Part shown: one piece after another, positions 1 to 8,699 of the stretch
Layout of the letters: every line of letters begins with the position of its first letter
Numbering within the stretch: the first letter of the stretch is position 1
Assembly (NCBI GenBank): GCA_963754925.1
Contig: CAVWHX010000004.1
Coordinates: 800,001 to 864,000 of the forward strand
Reading direction: 5' to 3'
From: an uncultured delta proteobacterium
GTDB lineage: Bacteria > Myxococcota > B64-G9
DNA: 64,000 nt
Notes under the pieces: model-generated
Told to the model about the DNA's origin: nothing
Database searches by the model: none
What the model saw: the letters and a program-made list of their open reading frames with translations, nothing else
Translations under genes and position numbers: made by a program

Positions 1-532
1 CATCGTCGGATGTCAAGCGCACCGCCATTGATTTGGTCTGCCCGGTAAAGAACAAATTCATCAGCAAGGTCTCGACCAAATCATCGAGATGATGGCCAAG
101 CGCAATTTTATTGCAGTTGAGATCAGGCGCCAAATCATACAGCACACCACGGCGCAACCGGGAACACAACGCGCAGGGGTTGGACCCCGGCCGTAGAGAC
201 TTTTCGACATTGGAGCGGATATTGCGGGAGTAGACGTCAATCGTATAGCCCTGATCAGCCAGACGGCGCCGGACTAGGTCGGGCGCCTGAGTATCCCATC
301 CCGCATCGAGAAATATAGGAACCAGTTCAAAAGCAAAGGGCGATCGCCGCCGGTGGAGATCCAATATATGCAATAGTGCAAAGGAGTCTTTGCCGCCCGA
401 CACCGCCACGAGAATCCGATCCCGTGGCTCGATGAGTCGCAGGTCAGCGATCGCTTGTCCCACTCGGCGAAATATCACATGCTCGCAGCGCGAATGTGGC
501 CGCGCCCGATTGGTCTTCGCGCGAACCGTCAC
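1..532 (-). CDS. ttcA: tRNA 2-thiocytidine biosynthesis protein TtcA (3' end runs off the window)
   Basis: Manual minus-strand translation from GTG at 532 (AGGAG upstream): ...RVGQAIADLRLIEPRDRILVAVSGGKDS...PCALCSRLRRGVLY...KIALGHHLDDLVETLLMNLFF. Contains the PP-loop SGGKDS, CxxC and GHHxDD motifs. Confidence 0.9.
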   Translation of the reverse strand, partial: MTVRAKTNRARPHSRCEHVIFRRVGQAIADLRLIEPRDRILVAVSGGKDSFALLHILDLHRRRSPFAFELVPIFLDAGWDTQAPDLVRRRLADQGYTIDVYSRNIRSNVEKSLRPGSNPCALCSRLRRGVLYDLAPDLNCNKIALGHHLDDLVETLLMNLFFTGQTKSMAVRLTSDD

Positions 533-740
533 TCGAATGTCTCCTGAAAACGCCCCTCCCCGGTAATACTGCTCTCTTTGTTTTTTTGTTGGCGCATGGA
601 GTTATCCAGCCCTCGGCACTTCGGGACATGATACCAGTTTTCCATCAAACCTGCTAGGCTTACTGTACAGCTTCTCATCCCGGTTAACAGCCAAAAAAAT
701 GCAATGTTTACTAGACCGTTAACTTTGACTTTATGTTTAG

Positions 741-1706
741 TTGGATGACCTTTATAATGCCACCCTTGTGGAAATTCATGGAAGTGCCAAAACACTCAAG
801 AGTCTCTTTGAACGCCGCCTCGTGACCACTATCGGCAAGGGCGGGGTGGGAAAAACGTTTCTATCTGCCTCGTTGGCGCTGGCAGCTTCGCTGACTGGCA
901 AACGGGTTCTCCTGGCCGAGGTGCGTTGCAGGAATGCTCCTGGATTATTTAAAGTCACCACCAATGGAGTAGGTCCGCTCGTTCTCACCGAACGGCTCAC
1001 CTGGATGAATCTGACGCCGAAGATCGCGCTCGAGATTTACGGTCTGAAGCTGCTGCGATTCAAAGCCGTTTACCGGGCGGTGTTTGAGCAACGAAACATA
1101 CAACGTTTCCTTCGCGCCGTGCCGGCGCTGGCCGAAATCCTGGTTCTCGGCCACCTCACCTATTTGATCGAGCAAGGCGAATACGATCTGGTCGTGCTCG
1201 ACGCTCCTTCCACCGGACCGGGAAGGCTGCTGTTAGATGCACCGCGCGCCGTGCTCGGCAGCGCCCCGCGCGGCCCGCTGTACGACGGCGCCGCTTGGAT
1301 TGATGGATTACTTCAGGACCAGATTCGCAGCGCAATTAACCTGGCGGTGGTTCCCGAAGAGCTTCCCGTGCACGAGGCGATCGAGCTGCACCATCACTTA
1401 CGGGACAACCTCCGTCTTCCCCTCGGCGCCCTGCTTGTCAATCGGCTGTTGCCCGATCCCTTTCCGCCTCGCTCAAAAAAGTTGCTCAGTGTGCTGGGCA
1501 CCCTGCCGGCTGGCGAAGCGCTTGCCCACGCTGGGGCTTGGTACCGCGCTCGGTTGCGCATTCAGGAGGGACACCTCGACCGTCTCCGGGCCGGCGTGAA
1601 TTTGCCGATGCTGCAGGTAGCCGAGTCGCTTGACGTCCCCTATGGGCCTCCCGTGGTCGAGCAGGCGGCGCAGGCGTTTGCCCGTCTCCTCCAGGAGGCT
1701 CCATGA
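741..1706 (+). CDS. ArsA/GET3-family ATPase, first subunit of a tandem pair (start may be GTG 768)
   Basis: Deviant Walker A GKGGVGKT, VVLDAPSTG, PEELPVHE, LLVNR. Confidence 0.85.
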   Translation: MDDLYNATLVEIHGSAKTLKSLFERRLVTTIGKGGVGKTFLSASLALAASLTGKRVLLAEVRCRNAPGLFKVTTNGVGPLVLTERLTWMNLTPKIALEIYGLKLLRFKAVYRAVFEQRNIQRFLRAVPALAEILVLGHLTYLIEQGEYDLVVLDAPSTGPGRLLLDAPRAVLGSAPRGPLYDGAAWIDGLLQDQIRSAINLAVVPEELPVHEAIELHHHLRDNLRLPLGALLVNRLLPDPFPPRSKKLLSVLGTLPAGEALAHAGAWYRARLRIQEGHLDRLRAGVNLPMLQVAESLDVPYGPPVVEQAAQAFARLLQEAP

Positions 1707-2857
1707 GCCTCGCCGCCTTGATTCGCAACCGGAGTATTCTGATCTCCGTTGGGACCGGCGGCGTGGGCAAGACGTCAACTGCCGCTATGCTCGGACTGCA
1801 GGCCGCGGCGCTCGGTAGAAAAGCGTTGGTACTCACCGTTGATCCGGCGCATCGGCTGGCCGACGCACTCGGATTACAGGAGCTCGAAGCCGGCCAGCCC
1901 CAGGAGCTATCAATAGAACGGCTCCGTAAGGCTTCGGTACCGGCCCAGACTTCCCTGAGCATCGCCATGCTCGACACCCGTCGCACGTGGAACGAACTCA
2001 TCGACCGTGAGGTCAAAGACCCTACACTCGCCAAGCGGATCCGTACCCACCCGTATTTTATCCGCCTGATAGATTTGGCTGGTTCCTACGAGTATGCCGC
2101 CATGGAAGAGCTCTACCACCTCTACACGCAGGGAGGTTACGAGCTTCTGATCCTCGACACGCCGCCCGCCGTACACGGCTTTGATTTTTTAGAGGCGCCG
2201 GATCGCCTGTTGGACGTTCTCGAGCATGAGGACGTTCGCTTCTTTCTGCGCTCCGTTATGCTTGCTTCGAACATCGGGTTGCGTCTGTTCGATTTTTCAG
2301 GCGGCTATATCATTCGAACGTTAGCGCGATTCACCGGGCTCTCCTTTTTGCGGGAATTGGCAACCTTCATCGACCTTTTCAGCGGACTGTTCACGGGCTT
2401 TCGCCAGCGTTCGGCGGCAGTGCGCGCGATGTTGCGCTCCGAGCTTACGGCCTTCGTGCTCGTGACCGCCGTTGACGCTTGCCAAATCGAGGAAACCGCC
2501 GCCTTGCAGCGGCGGTTGATCCGCCACGGGATGAATCCTCAGATCCTTGTCGCCAATCGGGTGCTCAGAGCGCCCGCTGCGCTGCCGGCAGCGGAGGACC
2601 TGCTGCCCAAACTCAAGACAGCGCTCATGCGGAAAGCCGCGGCCAGCGAAAAGGCAGCCGACGATCTCCTGCGCGGCTGTCAACAGGCCCACGCGCGCTT
2701 GAGCGCCATCGCTGCGCGCGGCCAGCTTCAGCTCGAAAACCTTAAAGCGGCTATCAAGAATTGTCCATTGACTATTGTCCCGTTGCTCCCGCAGGATATC
2801 CATGACCTGGCGGGCCTCGAGCTGCTGCGCCGAGAAGTTTTTAACAGTGAAAAATAG
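1703..2857 (+). CDS. ArsA/GET3-family ATPase, second subunit
   Basis: GTGGVGKT, LTVDPAHRLADALG, LAGSYEYAAMEEL, ILDTPP; ATGA overlap with the upstream gene. Confidence 0.88.
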   Translation: MSLAALIRNRSILISVGTGGVGKTSTAAMLGLQAAALGRKALVLTVDPAHRLADALGLQELEAGQPQELSIERLRKASVPAQTSLSIAMLDTRRTWNELIDREVKDPTLAKRIRTHPYFIRLIDLAGSYEYAAMEELYHLYTQGGYELLILDTPPAVHGFDFLEAPDRLLDVLEHEDVRFFLRSVMLASNIGLRLFDFSGGYIIRTLARFTGLSFLRELATFIDLFSGLFTGFRQRSAAVRAMLRSELTAFVLVTAVDACQIEETAALQRRLIRHGMNPQILVANRVLRAPAALPAAEDLLPKLKTALMRKAAASEKAADDLLRGCQQAHARLSAIAARGQLQLENLKAAIKNCPLTIVPLLPQDIHDLAGLELLRREVFNSEK

Positions 2858-2976
2858 TAACCTATGTCATTTAGTTCTGTCTTGCATATCGATTATTTTG
2901 CCATCATTATTAGAATAAGAATTTAATGCTGTAGAAATTCGCATCAATATGCCGATAAAATATTGGAGTCAGTTCT

Positions 2977-3694
2977 ATGAGTAAAACTTTCAATGTCTAC
3001 TGCGACGAGAGTGCTCACCTCCCAGGTCAACAGCAACCAATAATGGTTTTGGGGGCTATCTGGTGTGAGTACGATAAAACCAGAGAGATTGCAGACCACG
3101 TTAGAGAGATTAAAGCGAAACATGGCATCAACCCACAGCAAGAAATCAAATGGACAAAAGTATCCCGGAAAAAAATAGATATGTATCTCGATTTAGCTAA
3201 TTACTTTTTCGATAACGACAACCTACGATTTCGAGCTTTGCTGAATTCTTAACAAAGAAAAATTAGACCACCAACAGTTCGGGCAGGATCATGACACGTG
3301 GTATTTCAAGATGTATTTCCGCATGCTCGAGGTAATAATCAATCCTAAAGATCGTTTCAGAATTTATCTGGACATCAAGGACACACGAAGTGCGGAGAAG
3401 ATACGAAAACTTCATGAAGTACTCTGCAATACAATCCGCGATTTCGACCGAAACGTTGTCGAACGGGTCCAGACCGTTCGTTCGCATGAGGTTCAACAAC
3501 TACAATTAACGGATCTACTCATAGGTGCCGTTCGCTATGCAAATTCGCAGATTGGTTCATCTAAGACCAAGCTGTTTCTTGTCGACCACATAAGGAAAAG
3601 GTCCGGGTACACCCTCAATTGCTCGACTCTATTGCGTGAAGATAAGTTCAATCTATTTTTCTGGAGGCCTCAGGAGACTTGTGTCAATGAATGA
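2977..3694 (+). CDS. DUF3800-family protein (phage P1 RlfA-like); one extra base near 3245, probably a sequencing error
   Basis: N-terminal NVYCDES, EIKWTKVS and C-terminal QLQLTDLLIGAV motifs. Removing one A in ctgAatt joins ORFs 2977..3252 and 3311..3694 through FRALLILNKEKLDHQQFGQDHDTWYFKMYF. Confidence 0.85.
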
Positions 3695-4172
3695 CTGGCT
3701 TCCGGAACTCATCCTTCTCGATGATTATGATGGCGATTGGTCTGCTTACATTGATGATGTCTATAAAGCGTTTCACAACGATTTCATTGTGAGCAAACCT
3801 AATTATAAAGGCCGACCAGTCGCTGTTCGTAGGGAACCTCGAGACCAAGGTAAGGAAGCGGGGTTTTGGCATGCAACTTCTCAAGGCCAAACGGAATGGG
3901 AGCGTACTCCAGATATCCGCCGCTGCGAACGAATCAAATGGATTCGACGATTAATAGAATGTACAGAAAAAGAAAAAGTTCGAACTTGGGAAACCATTCG
4001 TGGTGCCGACAGAAGGATAATAATATCGTTACCTGACTTCAGCTACATTGTTGTTCTTGCAATTCGGAAGACGTACACAATTTTTGTTACTGCGTTCTTC
4101 GTAGAGTATGAAAATCGACGCAGGAAATTCAAAAGGGAATGGGTAGCTTGGAATGAATCCCAAAAAGGCTGA
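3687..4172 (+). CDS. Hypothetical protein resembling phage P1 RlfB, translationally coupled to the DUF3800 gene
   Basis: MNDWLPEL...WSAYIDDVY...GKEAGFWHATS...RTPDIRRCERIKWIR...YIVVLAIRKTYTIFVTAF; ATG overlaps the DUF3800 stop. The RlfB resemblance is from recall, not a search. Confidence 0.7.
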   Translation: MNDWLPELILLDDYDGDWSAYIDDVYKAFHNDFIVSKPNYKGRPVAVRREPRDQGKEAGFWHATSQGQTEWERTPDIRRCERIKWIRRLIECTEKEKVRTWETIRGADRRIIISLPDFSYIVVLAIRKTYTIFVTAFFVEYENRRRKFKREWVAWNESQKG

Positions 4173-4225
4173 TGCCGCCCAAAAAGGACGGCACCGGTAC
4201 TCCTTCTACCATAGGTAGATGAGTT
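4162..4225 (-). ncRNA. Candidate DUF3800-associated small structured RNA (two hairpins plus U-tract), antisense to the DUF3800 operon
   Basis: Minus strand reads ACUCA-UCUACC-UAU-GGUAGA-AG-GAGU-ACC-GGUGCCGUCC-UUUUU-GGGCGGCAUC-AGCC-UUUUU. The two G-U wobbles form only on the minus strand, and a promoter lies immediately upstream. Confidence 0.65.
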
Positions 4226-4232
4226 AGTAAGG

Positions 4233-4261
4233 ATTCTAAGCATTCTAAGTATGATAAGCAA
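4233..4261 (-). promoter_or_regulatory. Sigma70-like promoter for the candidate sRNA
   Basis: Minus strand TTGCTT (4261-4256), 17-bp spacer, TAGAAT (4238-4233); predicted start at ~4226-4225, the 5' end of hairpin 1. Confidence 0.55.
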
Positions 4262-4329
4262 GATAATAATGATAAGCAGGCTTATTGGGATGGCGCATAT
4301 GTCCCGACATTTCTAACTAGACAAAATAC

Positions 4330-7113
4330 TTATGGAATATTTCTTCCTGATACTAACTTACCTTGTCTAGAATGTTTGGGTTTCTCGACTATTAATTGCG
4401 CCGTGTACTGCCGATAAAGCTCAAAAAGAAACGCCACCCTTTCGGCGTCGTTCTTGAAAATCTTTTTGCCGTAGGCCGCGTCCACGACGGCGTCGAGGCG
4501 TTGGTGGGCTTTGAGCAGCTCCGGCGGCATGGTGAGCGGATCGTAAAGGTCAGCCAGCGATGAATTTGAATACTTAGCGCGGCAGTCAAGGACACCCTGT
4601 GCCGCAGACTCGATTTTCTTTCGCTGTGCATCGGTTACGTTCGGCGGCCAGGGGAAATTGTTGTAGACAATGTCCTTGGAATAACGATAATCGCTTTTCA
4701 GCCTCCCGGCAGCGTAACGGACCCAGGCGTTATGCATCGTCGAGCTCATGACACCAAAATGATAATGGGTTGCGTTTGGTATCAACAGAACCTGATCGTT
4801 ACCAATTGTTGTCGAGGGCATGAAACCGATAGGTATGAATATACGTCGCTCAGAAGAGACGCGAGGCACTAGCAGATAATCAGTATCAGGCTGGGCGATC
4901 TGGCAGAATAGACCTGGTGTTGCGGCAAATTTTCGTGTTGATGACGCTTTGCTCTCCAGCCGGAATTTCCTAACAGTATCTAATCGTGAAAGTACTTTTG
5001 GTGACTTCGCTATTAGATCAGGTGGGGCGCCGACCAACCAAAGGCAATAGCGCTCGCCCGCATTTAGAAACTCCTCGGCGCCAGAGTATCGCAGTACATA
5101 GGGTTCCATCCACGGTTCGGCGGTCAATAAATCATTACGCTCAGATCGTGACAAAATAAGATTGCCGCCATCACGTGGCATACTGCCGAAACGCATGCGA
5201 GGAAGATCACATATCGGTTTATCTCGGTTGTCTAAGAAAATCTCCGGTGCATCGACAAGGTATGCATTGATTTTGTCAACTAATACCTCGTGCGGCTCGC
5301 CACCAACATTATCATACACGAATAAACGACATTTTTGCGGAACATCGTGAGCAAACCCAACAATGACACAATGTACTGCTGCAATACCACGAGCTTCGTT
5401 AGACCAGCGGAAAGTTCTATGCGCAAAATTAATATGCAGATTGAATCTATCCATCAGTGGCTTCCATAGTAATCCAACCTGCTCACCCTGTGTAATTGAG
5501 TTTGTTGACACGAATGCAGCTCGAATCGGGCGGCCCTGCATGTAGTGCGCGGCCTTCCAATACCAGCAACAAACGTAGTCAAGAACACCGTAACCTTTCA
5601 GGTTAGAAAAAACCTTTGCCATATCGTTTCGTTGTGTTTCACTCATTACCATCGCTCCCACGAAGGGCGGGTTTCCGAAAACAAAGCTCGCCCTCTCGGC
5701 GGGAAGCACCTGGTTCCAGTCCAACTCAAGCGAATTCGTATAGTTGATGTTGGGCGCGGTCTTCAAGGGGATGCGAGCGAAGTACATGCCGAATTCTTCA
5801 GACACGAGAACGTTCATCTGGTGATCCATGAGCCACAAGGCCACCTGGGCGATCTGTGCAGGGAATTCCTCGATCTCGATGCCGTAGAACTGGTCCACGT
5901 CCACAGCTATAAGCTGCTGAACATCGAGCTCCCGCTGGCTACTGCTTCGGCTTACTCGCAGTACTTCCAGCTCCAGCTTCCGCAGCTCCCTATAGGCGAT
6001 GACAAGGAAGTTGCCACAGCCACAGGCAGGATCGAAAAATGTGAGTCGGCGAAGTTTCTTGTGAAATTCGAAAAGCTTGTTTTTGTTTCCCCTCACCTTC
6101 TTGAACTCGTCCCACAAGTCATCAACGAAAAGAGGCTTGATAACTTTAAGTATGTTTTCCTCGCTGGTGTAGTGGGCGCCTAGATTCCGCCGAGCCTTTT
6201 CATCCATTATGCTTTGAAAGAGAGCACCGAAGATTGCGGGCGAGATCTTGCTCCAGTCAAGCGCGGTGCAATCGAGCAACGCCTCACGCATAGCAGAGTC
6301 GAAGGAAGCGATAGGTAGCGTCTCTTCGAAGAGTTTTCCGTTGACAAAAGGAAAGGCGGCCAGTTGCTCATCGAGGTTCTTCATACGTTTGTTTTCGTGT
6401 GTGTTGAGCACCTGGAAAAGCTGTGCAATCTGAGATCCAAGGTCGCTCCCGTCGGAAGAGGTTCGCTCTTCAATCCATGCCTTGAATGCGCCAGCTGGCT
6501 GAAAAATGCCCGTATCCTCGGCGAACAGGCAAAACAAAAGACGTACCAGCAAGGCCTCAAGAGGGTGACCCTCGTAGCCACTGCTTTTTAACTGATCATG
6601 CAGTCTTCCCAAGAGCTCCGCTGCCTGGATGTTTACCGGGTTCTGTGGTGTAAAAGGTTGTGTGCTATAACCGGCCATAAAGGCGAAATGCTTTATATAC
6701 TTATGCAGATCGGCAAGGTGAAATTCGACATCGGTTTTAGCCTCAAGATCGTAAAGGCGGAAACGATCGAAGTCCGATACCAGAATGTAGTTCGGTAGAT
6801 CACGTTCGGAAATTCCGTCGAAGTAATCCGCGGCCTGGGCGAACGCGCGGTCGAGATCAGCACCGCGGCTCTTGTGTTCTATAAGTAGCTTACTCTTCCA
6901 GAAGGCGTCAATGCGGCCGTGCTTGAGTTTGGCGCCAGCACGCGTAATTTCAACGTGTTTTTCGAATATGGCAACGCGCTTTCTGTCAATACCGAAAATG
7001 TTAAAGAACTCATTCCAGAAGCTTTGTGCCGAGGCGCGCTCAGAATCTTCATCAACCCATCGGCGGGAAAATGCAATGGCACGGTTTCTGATTTCGTTCC
7101 ATGATAGTGGCAT
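4330..7113 (-). CDS. MmeI-like Type IIG/IIL restriction-modification enzyme (YeeA-like N6-adenine MTase with N-terminal nuclease)
   Basis: PD-(D/E)xK-like GRIDAFW...LLIEHKS; GAHYTS; motif I FFDPACGCGNFL; motif IV GNPPFVG; C-terminal GRLKSDYRYS...YNNFPWP and LADLYDPLTMP. Likely start MPLSWNEI at 7113. Confidence 0.92.
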   Translation of the reverse strand: MPLSWNEIRNRAIAFSRRWVDEDSERASAQSFWNEFFNIFGIDRKRVAIFEKHVEITRAGAKLKHGRIDAFWKSKLLIEHKSRGADLDRAFAQAADYFDGISERDLPNYILVSDFDRFRLYDLEAKTDVEFHLADLHKYIKHFAFMAGYSTQPFTPQNPVNIQAAELLGRLHDQLKSSGYEGHPLEALLVRLLFCLFAEDTGIFQPAGAFKAWIEERTSSDGSDLGSQIAQLFQVLNTHENKRMKNLDEQLAAFPFVNGKLFEETLPIASFDSAMREALLDCTALDWSKISPAIFGALFQSIMDEKARRNLGAHYTSEENILKVIKPLFVDDLWDEFKKVRGNKNKLFEFHKKLRRLTFFDPACGCGNFLVIAYRELRKLELEVLRVSRSSSQRELDVQQLIAVDVDQFYGIEIEEFPAQIAQVALWLMDHQMNVLVSEEFGMYFARIPLKTAPNINYTNSLELDWNQVLPAERASFVFGNPPFVGAMVMSETQRNDMAKVFSNLKGYGVLDYVCCWYWKAAHYMQGRPIRAAFVSTNSITQGEQVGLLWKPLMDRFNLHINFAHRTFRWSNEARGIAAVHCVIVGFAHDVPQKCRLFVYDNVGGEPHEVLVDKINAYLVDAPEIFLDNRDKPICDLPRMRFGSMPRDGGNLILSRSERNDLLTAEPWMEPYVLRYSGAEEFLNAGERYCLWLVGAPPDLIAKSPKVLSRLDTVRKFRLESKASSTRKFAATPGLFCQIAQPDTDYLLVPRVSSERRIFIPIGFMPSTTIGNDQVLLIPNATHYHFGVMSSTMHNAWVRYAAGRLKSDYRYSKDIVYNNFPWPPNVTDAQRKKIESAAQGVLDCRAKYSNSSLADLYDPLTMPPELLKAHQRLDAVVDAAYGKKIFKNDAERVAFLFELYRQYTAQLIVEKPKHSRQGKLVSGRNIP

Positions 7114-7458
7114 ATGTCTTCCCTGGGACAATATTGACAGTCAAAGATTATGCAATGATGACATCCCGCCTTCGTTATTGACCCATTTAGAACTTGTTAG
7201 CCACCAAAAAATACATCCGCACAAAACGCAGAGTCAAGAATCCCAATCCCTGAAAAAAAACTTGTCTTGAGCGAAAACCAGGTCAGGATGTAGCTCTATC
7301 CCCATTAGATGTAGTTCCATCTCCGATAGTATTTTCAATCTTATTTTGATCCTTATATACGTTACATTAGAATGGGTAATCGGTTAGACAGAAATATAGT
7401 GTATTCACTTTCAATGAGTAATTGAATGTCACAAAAGGCGAAAAAAAATTCACGCGAG

Positions 7459-8289
7459 ATGAAACGCATCCTCACCATCGCCGGTTCGGATTCGGGAGGC
7501 GGGGCCGGCATCCAGGCTGATTTAAAAGTGATCACCTTGCTCGGTGAGTACGGACTCAGCGTCCTCACGGCCCTCACCGCTCAGAACACCCTCGGCGTGC
7601 AAGCAACCTACCCCATCCCGCCGCGCATGGTCGAAGCACAGCTTAAGAGCGTGCTCACCGATATCGGCGCGGATGCGGCCAAAACCGGCATGCTCGCCAC
7701 CGCCGCCGTGGTTTCGGTAGTGGCCCGCGCGGTTCGCATCTACCAGATCACTCCCGTGGTGGTCGACCCGGTGATGGTTGCCAAGGACGGCAGCCGGCTG
7801 CTTTCGGTGCCTGCCATCAAGCGCTTGCGTGAGGAGCTCCTTCCGCTCGCCACGGTGGTCACCCCCAATCTGCCCGAGGCCGAGATCCTGTGCGGATTCC
7901 CCGTGCGAAACGTCGCGGATATGCGTCGAGCTGCCAAGGCAATCATCGCGTTCGGACCAAAAAACGTGCTCATCAAAGGCGGTCATCTCAGCGGTCCGGC
8001 CGTTGACCTGCTCTATGATGGTCGCAGTTTTAAAGAATTCGCCGTAGTCCGTCAGAGTAATGCAAACACCCATGGCACCGGCTGTTCCTTTTCTGCAGCC
8101 CTTACCACGTTCCTGGCCCAAGGCTATCGAATGCCGGAGGCGGTGGCGCAAACCAAAAGCATCATCACGGCAGCCATCAAAGACGGCCTGGCGTTGGGCG
8201 CTGGAATCGGCCCGGTCAACCCACACCCGTATTTCCACAAACGAAGGAAACTCGTGTTCGCCCCAACGCCTCGAGGAGGCAGCCGATGA
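7459..8289 (+). CDS. thiD: Hydroxymethylpyrimidine/phosphomethylpyrimidine kinase
   Basis: [48 protein letters not shown]. Confidence 0.96.
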   Translation: MKRILTIAGSDSGGGAGIQADLKVITLLGEYGLSVLTALTAQNTLGVQATYPIPPRMVEAQLKSVLTDIGADAAKTGMLATAAVVSVVARAVRIYQITPVVVDPVMVAKDGSRLLSVPAIKRLREELLPLATVVTPNLPEAEILCGFPVRNVADMRRAAKAIIAFGPKNVLIKGGHLSGPAVDLLYDGRSFKEFAVVRQSNANTHGTGCSFSAALTTFLAQGYRMPEAVAQTKSIITAAIKDGLALGAGIGPVNPHPYFHKRRKLVFAPTPRGGSR

Positions 8290-8699
8290 AATCTTTCAAG
8301 GTCAAGACAAAAAGCCGCGAGGAGCTGATTGATATTACATCGTTGGTAACAACTGCCCTCCAGGAAAGCAAAGCAACGGAGGGTATGTGCGTGGTGTATT
8401 GCCCGCACACAACCGCCGGGATCACCATCAATGAAAACGCCGACCCTGACGTCGTGCGCGATCTGCTTTTTGCCCTTGACCGTGCCGTACCGCTGGAAGG
8501 CGGATACCATCACGCCGAAGGCAACAGCGCGGCCCATGTTAAATCGAGCTTGGTTGGCGCAAGCTGTTCAGTACTCTTCTCCGATGGACGATTAGTGCTT
8601 GGCCAATGGCAATCGATCTTTTTCTGCGAGTTTGACGGCCCGCGCAATCGCACGGTGTTGGTTCAGATACTTCCAACCAGGGACGGAGTCGCGTTGTGA
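8286..8699 (+). CDS. yjbQ: YjbQ/UPF0047 secondary thiamine-phosphate synthase family protein
   Basis: HTTAGITINENADPDV, HAEGNSAAHVKSSLVG, LGQWQSIFFCEFDGPR. Confidence 0.93.
   Translation: MKSFKVKTKSREELIDITSLVTTALQESKATEGMCVVYCPHTTAGITINENADPDVVRDLLFALDRAVPLEGGYHHAEGNSAAHVKSSLVGASCSVLFSDGRLVLGQWQSIFFCEFDGPRNRTVLVQILPTRDGVAL

Noticed and set aside
741..2857. Arsenic resistance operon
   Set aside because: No arsR/B/C/D nearby, and the motif pattern fits Get3-like heterodimeric pairs.
7140..7458. TPP riboswitch upstream of thiD
   Set aside because: No CTGAGA core or other TPP consensus blocks found.
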